From contig OZ024744.1 of NCBI GenBank assembly GCA_964016885.1, forward strand, positions 110,360,001-110,424,000: a stretch of 64,000 bases of DNA. The letters are read 5' to 3'. A program made the position numbers and the translations under genes. Positions 48,001 through 62,337 of the stretch are shown here, piece after piece; the stretch's first letter is position 1; every line of letters begins with the position of its first letter. The stretch comes from Eledone cirrhosa (taxonomy: Eukaryota). The notes beneath the pieces were generated by a model that saw only the letters and a program-made list of their open reading frames with translations, was not told the origin of the DNA and did no database searches.

Positions 48001-51000
48001 GCTCTGAACACAGTAAAACTACACAATCCACTATAACTTACCTTGCCCTGAACACAGTAAAACTACATAATCCACTATAACTTACCTTGACTTGAACACA
48101 GTAAAACTACACCATCCACTATAAATTACCTTGCCCTGAACACAGTAAAACTACACAATCCACTATAACTTACCTTGACCTGAACACAGTAAAACTACAC
48201 AATCCACTATAACTTACCTTGCCCTGAACACAGTAAAACTACGTAATCCACTATAACTTACCTTGCCCTGAATACAGTAAAACTACACAATCCACTATAA
48301 CTTACCTTCCTCTAAACACAGTAAAACTACACAATCCACTATAACTTACCTTGCCCTGAACACAGTAAAACTACACAATCCACTTCAACTTACCTTGCTC
48401 TGAACACAGTAAAACTACACAATCCACTATAACTTACCTTGCCCTGAACACAGTAAAACTACATAATCCACTATAACTTACCTTGACTTGAACACAGTAA
48501 AACTACACCATCCACTATAAATTACCTTGCCCTGAACACAGTAAAACTACACAATCCACTATAACTTACCTTGACCTGAACACAGTAAAACTACACAATC
48601 CACTATAACTTACCTTGCCCTGAACACAGTAAAACTACACAATCCACTATAACTTACCTTCCATTGAACACAGTAAAACTACACAATCCACTATAATTTA
48701 CCTTGCCCTGAACACAGTAAACTACAAGATCCACTATAACTTACCTTGCTCTGAACACAGTAAAACTACATAATCCACTATAACTTACCTTGCCCTGAAC
48801 ACAGTAAAACTAACACAATCCACTATAACTTACCTTGCCCTGAACACAGTAAAACTACACAATCCACTATAAATTACGTTGCCCTGAACATACTAAAACT
48901 ACACCATCTTCTATAACTTACCTTGCCCTGAACACAGTAAAACTACACAATCCACTGTAACTTACCATGCCCTGAACACAGTAAAACTACACAATCCACT
49001 ATAACTTACCTTGCCCTGAACACAGTAAAACTACACAATCCACTATAACTTACCTTGCCCTGAACACTGTAAAACTACATAATCCACTATAACTTACCTT
49101 GCCCTGAAATAGTAAAACTACACAAACCACTATAACTTACCTTGCCCTGAACACAGTAAAACTACACAATCCACTATAACTTACCTTGCCCTGAACACAG
49201 TAAAACTACACGATCCACTATAAATTACCTTGCCCTGAACACAGTAAAACTACACAATCCACTATAACACACCTTCCCCTGAACACAGTAAAACTACACA
49301 ATCCACTATAACTTACCTTGTCCTGAACACACTAAAACTACACAATCCACTATAACTTAACTGGCCCTGAACACAGTAAAATTACACAATCCACTATAAC
49401 TTAGCTTGCACTGAACACAGTAAAACTACACAATCCACTATAACTTAACTTGCTCTGAACACAGTAAAACTACACAATCCTCTATAACTTACCTTGCTCT
49501 GAACACAGTAAAACTAAATAATCCACTATAACTTACCTTGCCCTGAACACACTAAAACTACACAATCTTCTATAACTTACCTTGCTCTGAACACAGTAAA
49601 ACTAGACAATCCCCTATACCTTACCTTGCTCTGAACACAGTAAAACTACACCATCCACTATAACTTACCTTGCCCTGAACACAGTAAAACTACACAATCC
49701 ACTATAACTTAAATTGCCCTGAACTCAGTAAAACTACATAATCCACTGTACTTACATTGCCCTGAACACAGTAAAACTACACAACCCACTATAACTTACC
49801 TAGCCCTGAACACAGTAAAACTACACAACCCACTATAACTTACCTAGCCCTGAACACAGTAAAAGTACATAATCCACTATAACTTACCTTGCTCTGAACA
49901 CAGTATAACTTACCTTGCTCTGAAGACAGTAAAACTACACAATCCACTTTAACTTACCTTTCTCTGAACACAGTAAAACTACACAATCCACTATAACTTA
50001 CCTTGCTCTGAACACAGTAAAACTACACAATCCACTATAACTTACCTTGCCCTGAACACAGTAAAACTACGTAATCCACTATAACTTACCTTGCCCTGAA
50101 CACAGTAAAACTACACAATCCACTATAACTTAACTGGCCCTGAACACAGGAAAACTACAGAAGCCACTATAACTTACCTTGCCCTGAACACAGTAAAACT
50201 ACACAATCCACTATAACTTAAATTGCCCTGAACTCAGTAAAACTACATAATCCGCTGTAACTTACCTTGCCCTGAACACAGTAAAACTACACAACCCACT
50301 ATAACATACCTTGCTCTGAACACAGCAAAACTACACAATCCACTATAACTTACCTTGCCCTGAACACAGTAAAACTACACAATCCACTATAACTTACCTT
50401 GCCCTGAACACAGTAAAAGTACATAATCCACTATAACTTACGTTGCCCTGAACACAGTATAACTTACCTAGCTCTGAACACAGTAAAACTACACAATCCA
50501 ATTTAACTTACCTTGCTCTGAACACAGTAAAACTACACGATCCACTTTAACTTACCTTGCTCTGAACACAGTAAAACTACACAATCCACCTTAACTTACC
50601 TTGCTCTGAACACAGTAAAACTACGTAATCCACTATAACTTACCTTCCTCTAAACACAGTAAAACTACACAATCCACTATAACTTACCTTGCCCAGAACA
50701 CAGTAAAACTACGTAATCCACTATAACTTACCTTGCCCTGAACACAGTAAAACTACACAATCCACTATAATTTACCTTGCCCTGAACACAGTAAAACTAC
50801 ACAATCCACTATAACTTACCTTGCTCTGAACACAGTAAAACTACATAATCCACTATAACTTACCTTGCCCTGAACACAGTAAAACTACACGATCCACTAT
50901 AACTTACCTTGCCCTGAACACAGTAAAACTACACCATCCACTATAAATTATGTTGCCATGAACATACTAAAACTACACGATCTTCTATAACTTACCTTGC

Positions 51001-52850
51001 CCTGAACACAGTAAAACCACACAATCCACTATAACTTACCTTGCCCTGAACACAGTAAAACTACACAATCCACTATAACTTACCTTGCCCTGAACACAGT
51101 AAAACTACACGATCCACTATAACTTACCTTGCCCTGAACACAGTAAAACTACACGATCCACTATAACTTACCTTGCCCTGAACACAGTAAAACTACACAA
51201 TCCACTATAACTAACCTTGCTCTGAACACAGTAAAACTACACAATCCACTATAACTTACCTTGCCCTGAACACAGTAAAACTACACAATCCACTATAACT
51301 AACCTTGCTCTGAACACAAAAAACTATACAATCCACCATAACTTACCTTGCCCTGAACACAGTAAAACTACACAATCCACTATAACTTACCTTGACCTGA
51401 ACAGAGTAAAACTACACAATCCACTATAACTTACCTTGCCCTGAACACACTAAAACTACACAATCCACTATCACTTAACTGGCCCTGAACACAGTAAAAC
51501 TACACAATCCACTATAACTTACCTTGCACTGAAAACAGTAAAACTACACAACCCACTATGACTTACTTTGCTCTGAACACAGTAAAACTACACAATCCAC
51601 TATAACTTACCTTGCCCTGAATATAGTAAAAGAACGTAATCCACTATAACTTACCTTCCTTTGAACACAGTAAAACTACACAATCCACTATAATTTACCT
51701 TGCCCTGAACACAGTAAAACTACAAGATCCACTATAACTTACCTTGCTCTGAACACAGTAAAACTACATAATCCATTATAACTTAACTTGCCCTGAACAC
51801 AGTAAAACTAACACAATCCACTATAACTTACCTTGCCCTGAACACAGTAAAACTACACAATCCACTATAACTTACCTTGCCCTGAACACAGTAAAACTGC
51901 ATAATCCACTATAACTTACCTTGCCCTGAAAACAGTAAAACTACACAATCCACTACAACTTACCTTGCTCTGAACACAGTAAAACTACACAATCCACTAT
52001 AACTTACCTGGCTCTGAACACAGTGAAACTACACAATCCACTATAACTTACCTTGCTCTGAACACAGTAAAACTAACACAATCAACTATAGCTTACCTTG
52101 CCCTGAACACAGTAAAACTACACAATCCACTATAAATTACCTTGCTCTGAACACAGTAAAACTAACACAATCAACTATAACTTACCTCGCCCTGAACACA
52201 CTAAAACTACACAATCCACTATAAATTACCTTGCTCTGAACACAGTAAAACTACATAATCCACTATAACTTACCTTGCCCTGAACACAGTAAAACTACAC
52301 AATCCACTATAAATTACCTTGCTCTGAACACAGTAAAACTACACAATCCACTATAACTTACCTTGCCTTGAAGACAGTAAAACTACACAATCCACTATAA
52401 CTTACCTTGCCCTGAACACAGTAAAAGTACATAATCCACTATAACTTACGTTGCCCTGAACACAGTATAACTTACCTAGCTCTGAACACAGTAAAACTAC
52501 ACAATCCAATTTAACTTACCTTGCTCTGAACACAGTAAAACTACACGATCCACTTTAACTTACCTTGCTCTGAACACAGTAAAACTACACAATCCACCTT
52601 AACTTACCTTGCTCTGAACACAGTAAAACTACGTAATCCACTATAACTTACCTTCCTCTAAACACAGTAAAACTACACAATCCACTATAACTTACCTTGC
52701 CCAGAACACAGTAAAACTACGTAATCCACTATAACTTACCTTGCCCTGAACACAGTAAAACTACACAATCCACTATAATTTACCTTGCCCTGAACACAGT
52801 AAAACTACACAATCCACTATAACTTACCTTGCTCTGAACACAGTAAAACT
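42700..52850. repeat. Near-identical tandem duplication, offset 5050 bp (116 monomers)
   Basis: AAGCCACTAT at 45111/50161, CACTACAACT at 46901/51951 and AACTACGTAA at 42791/47841, all offset 5050. Ends approximate. Confidence 0.9.
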
Positions 52851-55800
52851 ACATAATCCACTATAACTTACCTTGCCCTGAACACAGTAAAACTACACGA
52901 TCCACTATAACTTACCTTGCCCTGAACACAGTAAAACTACACCATCCACTATAAATTATGTTGCCATGAACATACTAAAACTACACGATCTTCTATAACT
53001 TACCTTGCCCTGAACACAGTAAAACCACACAATCCACTATAACTTACCTTGCCCTGAACACAGTAAAACTACACAATCCACTATAACTTACCTTGCCCTG
53101 AACACAGTAAAACTACACGATCCACTATAACTTACCTTGCCCTGAACACAGTAAAACTACACGATCCACTATAACTTACCTTGCCCTGAACACAGTAAAA
53201 CTACACAATCCACTATAACTAACCTTGCTCTGAACACAGTAAAACTACACAATCCACTATAACTTACATTGCCCTGAACACAGTAAAACTACACAATCCA
53301 CTATAACTAACCTTGCTCTGAACACAAAAAACTATACAATCCACCATAACTTACCTTGCCCTGAACACAGTAAAACTACACAATCCACTATAACTTACCT
53401 TGACCTGAACAGAGTAAAACTACACAATCCACTATAACTTACCTTGCCCTGAACACACTAAAACTACACAATCCACTATCACTTACCTTGCCCTGAACAC
53501 AGTAAAACTACACCATCCACTATAAATTATGTTGCCATGAACATACTAAAACTACACGATCTTCTATAACTTACCTTGCCCTGAACACAGTAAAACCACA
53601 CAATCCACTATAACTTACCTTGCCCTGAACACAGTAAAACTACACAATCCACTATAACTTACCTTGCCCTGAACACAGTAAAACTACACGATCCACTATA
53701 ACTTACCTTGCCCTGAACACAGTAAAACTACACGATCCACTATAACTTACCTTGCCCTGAACACAGTAAAACTACACAATCCACTATAACTAACCTTGCT
53801 CTGAACACAGTAAAACTACACAATCCACTATAACTTACCTTGCCCTGAACACAGTAAAACTACACAATCCACTATAACTAACCTTGCTCTGAACACAAAA
53901 AACTATACAATCCACCATAACTTACCTTGCCCTGAACACAGTAAAACTACACAATCCACTATAACTTACCTTGACCTGAACAGAGTAAAACTACACAATC
54001 CACTATAACTTACCTTGCCCTGAACACACTAAAACTACACAATCCACTATCACTTAACTGGCCCTGAACACAGTAAAACTACACAATCCACTATAACTTA
54101 CCTTGCACTGAAAACAGTAAAACTACACAACCCACTATGACTTACTTTGCTCTGAACACAGTAAAACTACACAATCCACTATAACTTACCTTGCCCTGAA
54201 TATAGTAAAAGAACGTAATCCACTATAACTTACCTTCCTTTGAACACAGTAAAACTACACAATCCACTATAATTTACCTTGCCCTGAACACAGTAAAACT
54301 ACAAGATCCACTATAACTTACCTTGCTCTGAACACAGTAAAACTACATAATCCATTATAACTTAACTTGCCCTGAACACAGTAAAACTAACACAATCCAC
54401 TATAACTTACCTTGCCCTGAACACAGTAAAACTACACAATCCACTATAACTTACCTTGCCCTGAACACAGTAAAACTGCATAATCCACTATAACTTACCT
54501 TGCCCTGAAAACAGTAAAACTACACAATCCACTACAACTTACCTTGCTCTGAACACAGTAAAACTACACAATCCACTATAACTTACCTGGCTCTGAACAC
54601 AGTGAAACTACACAATCCACTATAACTTACCTTGCTCTGAACACAGTAAAACTAACACAATCAACTATAGCTTACCTTGCCCTGAACACAGTAAAACTAC
54701 ACAATCCACTATAAATTACCTTGCTCTGAACACAGTAAAACTAACACAATCAACTATAACTTACCTCGCCCTGAACACACTAAAACTACACAATCCACTA
54801 TAAATTACCTTGCTCTGAACACAGTAAAACTACATAATCCACTATAACTTACCTTGCCCTGAACACAGTAAAACTACACAATCCACTATAAATTACCTTG
54901 CTCTGAACACAGTAAAACTACACAATCCACTATAACTTACCTTGCCTTGAAGACAGTAAAACTACACAATCCACTATAACTTACCTTGCCCTGAACACAG
55001 TAAAAGTACATAATCCACTATAACTTACGTTGCCCTGAACACAGTATAACTTACCTAGCTCTGAACACAGTAAAACTACACAATCCAATTTAACTTACCT
55101 TGCTCTGAACACAGTAAAACTACACGATCCACTTTAACTTACCTTGCTCTGAACACAGTAAAACTACACAATCCACCTTAACTTACCTTGCTCTGAACAC
55201 AGTAAAACTACGTAATCCACTATAACTTACCTTCCTCTAAACACAGTAAAACTACACAATCCACTATAACTTACCTTGCCCAGAACACAGTAAAACTACG
55301 TAATCCACTATAACTTACCTTGCCCTGAACACAGTAAAACTACACAATCCACTATAATTTACCTTGCCCTGAACACAGTAAAACTACACAATCCACTATA
55401 ACTTACCTTGCTCTGAACACAGTAAAACTACATAATCCACTATAACTTACCTTGCCCTGAACACAGTAAAACTACACGATCCACTATAACTTACCTTGCC
55501 CTGAACACAGTAAAACTACACCATCCACTATAAATTATGTTGCCATGAACATACTAAAACTACACGATCTTCTATAACTTACCTTGCCCTGAACACAGTA
55601 AAACCACACAATCCACTATAACTTACCTTGCCCTGAACACAGTAAAACTACACAATCCACTATAACTTACCTTGCCCTGAACACAGTAAAACTACACGAT
55701 CCACTATAACTTACCTTGCCCTGAACACAGTAAAACTACACGATCCACTATAACTTACCTTGCCCTGAACACAGTAAAACTACACAATCCACTATAACTA

Positions 55801-56975
55801 ACCTTGCTCTGAACACAGTAAAACTACACAATCCACTATAACTTACCTTGCCCTGAACACAGTAAAACTACACAATCCACTATAACTAACCTTGCTCTGA
55901 ACACAAAAAACTATACAATCCACCATAACTTACCTTGCCCTGAACACAGTAAAACTACACAATCCACTATAACTTACCTTGACCTGAACAGAGTAAAACT
56001 ACACAATCCACTATAACTTACCTTGCCCTGAACACACTAAAACTACACAATCCACTATCACTTAACTGGCCCTGAACACAGTAAAACTACACAATCCACT
56101 ATAACTTACCTTGCACTGAAAACAGTAAAACTACACAACCCACTATGACTTACTTTGCTCTGAACACAGTAAAACTACACAATCCACTATAACTTACCTT
56201 GCCCTGAATATAGTAAAAGAACGTAATCCACTATAACTTACCTTCCTTTGAACACAGTAAAACTACACAATCCACTATAATTTACCTTGCCCTGAACACA
56301 GTAAAACTACAAGATCCACTATAACTTACCTTGCTCTGAACACAGTAAAACTACATAATCCATTATAACTTAACTTGCCCTGAACACAGTAAAACTAACA
56401 CAATCCACTATAACTTACCTTGCCCTGAACACAGTAAAACTACACAATCCACTATAACTTACCTTGCCCTGAACACAGTAAAACTGCATAATCCACTATA
56501 ACTTACCTTGCCCTGAAAACAGTAAAACTACACAATCCACTACAACTTACCTTGCTCTGAACACAGTAAAACTACACAATCCACTATAACTTACCTGGCT
56601 CTGAACACAGTGAAACTACACAATCCACTATAACTTACCTTGCTCTGAACACAGTAAAACTAACACAATCAACTATAGCTTACCTTGCCCTGAACACAGT
56701 AAAACTACACAATCCACTATAAATTACCTTGCTCTGAACACAGTAAAACTAACACAATCAACTATAACTTACCTCGCCCTGAACACACTAAAACTACACA
56801 ATCCACTATAAATTACCTTGCTCTGAACACAGTAAAACTACATAATCCACTATAACTTACCTTGCCCTGAACACAGTAAAACTACACAATCCACTATAAA
56901 TTACCTTGCTCTGAACACAGTAAAACTACACAATCCACTATAACTTACCTTGCCTTGAAGACAGTAAAACTACAC
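50380..56975. repeat. Three tandem copies of a 2008-bp (46-monomer) higher-order unit; the middle copy has an extra 571-bp internal duplication
   Basis: CACAGTATAACTTACCTAGC at 50453, 52461, 55040 and CACTACAACT at 51951, 54530, 56538 (offsets 2008 and 2579). ATAAATTATG at 52951/53522 (offset 571). A further copy lies at about 45330-47340. Confidence 0.87.
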
Positions 56976-58929
56976 AATCCACTATAACTTAAATTGCCCT
57001 TAACTCAGTAAAACTACATAATCCACTGTAACTTACCTTGCCCTGAACACAGTATAACTTACCTTGCTCTGAACACAGTAAAACTACACAATCCAATTTA
57101 CTTACCTTGCTCTGAACACAGTAAAACTACACAATCCACTTTAACTTACCTTGCTCTGAACACAGTAAAACTACACAATCCACTATAATTTACCTTGCCC
57201 TGAACACAGTAAAACTACACAATCCACTATAACTTAAATTGCCCTGAACTCAGTAAAACTACATAATCCGCTGTAACTTACCTTGCCCTGAACACAGTAA
57301 AACTACACAATCCACTATAACTTACCTTGCTCTGAACACAGTAAAACTACACAATCCACCATAACTTACCTTGCCCTGAACACAGTAAAAGAACACAATC
57401 TTCTATAACTTACCTTGCCCTGAATACAGTAAAACTACACAATCCACTATAACTTACCTTCCTCTAAACACAGTAAAACTAGACAATCCACTATAACTTA
57501 CCTTGCCCTGAACACAGTAAAACTACACAATCCACTTCAACTTACCTTGCTCTGAACACAGTAAAACTACACAATCCACTATAACTTACCTTGCCCTGAA
57601 CACAGTAAAACTACATAATCCACTATAACTTACCTTGACTTGAACACAGTAAAACTACACCATCCACTATAAATTACCTTGCCCTGAACACAGTAAAACT
57701 ACACAATCCACTATAACTTACCTTGACCTGAACACAGTAAAACTACACAATCCACTATAACTTACCTTGCCCTGAACACAGTAAAAGTACATAATCCACT
57801 ATAACTTACCTTGCTCTGAACACAGTATAACTTACCTTGCTCTGAACACAGTAAAACTACACGATCCAATTTAACTTACCTTGCATTGAACACAGTAAAA
57901 CTACACAATCCACTATAACTTACCTTGCTCTGAACACAGTAAAACTACATAATCCACTATAACTTACCTTGCCCTGAACAGAGTAAAACTACACAATCCA
58001 CTATAACTTACCTTGCCCTGAACACACTAAAACTACACAATCCACTATAACTTACCTTGCCCTGAACACAGAAAAACTACACAATCCACTATAAATTACG
58101 TTGCCCTGAACATACTAAAACTACACAATCTTCTATAACTTACCTTGCCCTGAACACAGTAAAACTACACAATCCACTATAACTTACCTTGCTCTGAACA
58201 CAGTAAAACTACACAATCCACTATAACTTACCTGGCTCTGAACACAGTGAAACTACACAATCCACTATAACTTACCTTGCTCTGAACACAGTAAAACTAA
58301 ATAATCCACTATAACTTACCTTGCTCTGAAAACAGTGATACTACACAATCCACTATAACTTACCTTGCCCTGAACACAGTAAAACTAACACAATCAACTA
58401 TAGCTTACCTTGCCCTGAACACAGTAAAACTACACAATCCACTATAAATTACCTTGCTCTGAACCCAGTAAAACTAACACAATCAACTATAACTTACCTC
58501 GCCCTGAACACACTAAAACTACACAATCCACTATAAATTACCTTGCTCTGAACACACTAAAACTACATAATCCACTATAACTTACCTTGCCCTGAACACA
58601 GTAAAACTACACAATCCACTATAAATTACCTTGCTCTGAACACAGTAAAACTACACAATCCACTATAACTTAAATTGCCCTTAACTCAGTAAAACTACAT
58701 AATCCACTGTAACTTACCTTGCCCTGAACACAGTATAACTTACCTTGCTCTGAACACAGTAAAACTACACAATCCAATTTACTTACCTTGCTCTGAACAC
58801 AGTAAAACTACACAATCCACTTTAACTTACCTTGCTCTGAACACAGTAAAACTACACAATCCACTATAATATACCTTGCCCTGAACACAGTAAAACTACA
58901 CAAACCACTATAACTTACCTTGCACTGAA

Positions 58930-61900
58930 CACAGTAAAACTACACAATCCACTATAACTTACCTTGCCCTGAACACAGTAAAACTACACGATCCACTATA
59001 AATTACCTTGCCCTGAACACAGTAAAACTACACAATCCACTATAACACACCTTCCCCTGAACACAGTAAAACTACACAATCCACTATAACTTACCTTGTC
59101 CTGAACACACTAAAACTACACAATCCACTATAACTTAACTGGCCCTGAACACAGTAAAACTACACAATCCACTATAACTTACCTTGTCCTGAACACACTA
59201 AAACTACACAATCCACTATAACTTACCTTGCCCTGAACACAGTAAAACTACACAATCCACTATAACTTAACTGGACTTGAACACAGTAAAATTACAAAAT
59301 CCACTATAACTTAGATTGCACTGAACACAGTAAAACTACACAATCCAATATAACTTAACTTGCTCTGAACACAGTGAAACTACACAATCCTCTATAAATT
59401 ACCTTGCTCTGAACCCAGTAAAACTAACACAATCAACTATAACTTACCTCGCCCTGAACACACTAAAACTACACAATCCACTATAAATTACCTTGCTCTG
59501 AACACACTAAAACTACATAATCCACTATAACTTACCTTGCCCTGAACACAGTAAAACTACACAATCCACTATAAATTACCTTGCTCTGAACACAGTAAAA
59601 CTACACAATCCACTATAACTTAAATTGCCCTTAACTCAGTAAAACTACATAATCCACTGTAACTTACCTTGCCCTGAACACAGTATAACTTACCTTGCTC
59701 TGAACACAGTAAAACTACACAATCCAATTTACTTACCTTGCTCTGAACACAGTAAAACTACACAATCCACTTTAACTTACCTTGCTCTGAACACAGTAAA
59801 ACTACACAATCCACTATAATATACCTTGCCCTGAACACAGTAAAACTACACAATCCACTATAACTGACCTTGCTCTGAACACAGTAAAACTACACAACCC
59901 ACTATAACTTACCTAGCCCTGAACACAGTAAAACTACACAATCCACTATAACTTACCTTGCTCTGAACACAGTAAAACTACACAATCCACCATAACTTAC
60001 CTTGCCCTGAACACAGTAAAAGAACACAATCTTCTATAACTTACCTTGCCCTGAATACAGTAAAACTACACAATCCACTATAACTTACCTTCCTCTAAAC
60101 ACAGTAAAACTACACAATCCACTATAACTTACCTTGCCCTGAACACAGTAAAACTACACAATCCACTTCAACTTACCTTGCTCTGAACACAGTAAAACTA
60201 CACAATCCACTATAACTTACCTTGCCCTGAACACAGTAAAACTACATAATCCACTATAACTTACCTTGACTTGAACACAGTAAAACTACACCATCCACTA
60301 TAAATTACCTTGCCCTGAACACAGTAAAACTGCACAATCCACTATAACTTACCTTGACCTGAACACAGTAAAACTACACAATCCACTATAACTTACCTTG
60401 CCCTGAACACAGTAAAAGTACATAATCCACTATAACTTACCTTGCTCTGAACACAGTATAACTTACCTTGCTCTGAACACAGTAAAACTACACGATCCAA
60501 TTTAACTTACCTTGCATTGAACACAGTAAAACTACACAATCCACTATAACTTACCTTGCTCTGAACACAGTAAAACTACGTAATCCACTATAACTTACCT
60601 TGCCCTGAACAGAGTAAAACTACACAATCCACTATAACTTACCTTGCCCTGAACACAGTAAAACTACACGATCCACTATAAATTACCTTGCCCTGAACAC
60701 AGTAAAACTACACAATCCACTATAACACACCTTCCCCTGAACACAGTAAAACTACACAATCCACTATAACTTACCTTGTCCTGAACACACTAAAACTACA
60801 CAATCCACTATAACTTAACTGGCCCTGAACACAGTAAAACTACACAATCCACTATAACTTACCTTGTCCTGAACACACTAAAACTACACAATCCACTATA
60901 ACTTACCTTGCCCTGAACACAGTAAAACTACACAATCCACTATAACTTAACTGGACTTGAACACAGTAAAATTACAAAATCCACTATAACTTAGATTGCA
61001 CTGAACACAGTAAAACTACACAATCCAATATAACTTAACTTGCTCTGAACACAGTGAAACTACACAATCCTCTATAAATTACCTTGCTCTGAACCCAGTA
61101 AAACTAACACAATCAACTATAACTTACCTCGCCCTGAACACACTAAAACTACACAATCCACTATAAATTACCTTGCTCTGAACACACTAAAACTACATAA
61201 TCCACTATAACTTACCTTGCCCTGAACACAGTAAAACTACACAATCCACTATAAATTACCTTGCTCTGAACACAGTAAAACTACACAATCCACTATAACT
61301 TAAATTGCCCTTAACTCAGTAAAACTACATAATCCACTGTAACTTACCTTGCCCTGAACACAGTATAACTTACCTTGCTCTGAACACAGTAAAACTACAC
61401 AATCCAATTTACTTACCTTGCTCTGAACACAGTAAAACTACACAATCCACTTTAACTTACCTTGCTCTGAACACAGTAAAACTACACAATCCACTATAAT
61501 ATACCTTGCCCTGAACACAGTAAAACTACACAATCCACTATAACTGACCTTGCTCTGAACACAGTAAAACTACACAACCCACTATAACTTACCTAGCCCT
61601 GAACACAGTAAAACTACACAATCCACTATAACTTACCTTGCTCTGAACACAGTAAAACTACACAATCCACCATAACTTACCTTGCCCTGAACACAGTAAA
61701 AGAACACAATCTTCTATAACTTACCTTGCCCTGAATACAGTAAAACTACACAATCCACTATAACTTACCTTCCTCTAAACACAGTAAAACTACACAATCC
61801 ACTATAACTTACCTTGCCCTGAACACAGTAAAACTACACAATCCACTTCAACTTACCTTGCTCTGAACACAGTAAAACTACACAATCCACTATAACTTAC

Positions 61901-62337
61901 CTTGCCCTGAACACAGTAAAACTACATAATCCACTATAACTTACCTTGACTTGAACACAGTAAAACTACACCATCCACTATAAATTACCTTGCCCTGAAC
62001 ACAGTAAAACTGCACAATCCACTATAACTTACCTTGACCTGAACACAGTAAAACTACACAATCCACTATAACTTACCTTGCCCTGAACACAGTAAAAGTA
62101 CATAATCCACTATAACTTACCTTGCTCTGAACACAGTATAACTTACCTTGCTCTGAACACAGTAAAACTACACGATCCAATTTAACTTACCTTGCATTGA
62201 ACACAGTAAAACTACACAATCCACTATAACTTACCTTGCTCTGAACACAGTAAAACTACGTAATCCACTATAACTTACCTTGCCCTGAACAGAGTAAAAC
62301 TACACAATCCACTATAACTTACCTTGCCCTGAACACA
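58930..62337. repeat. Tandem duplication, 1680 bp (39 monomers including two 26-bp units)
   Basis: Lines starting 58981 and 60661 onward match line for line (offset 1680) until 60658/62338. Private markers are CTGGACTTGA, TTAGATTGCA and TAACTGACCT. Confidence 0.92.
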
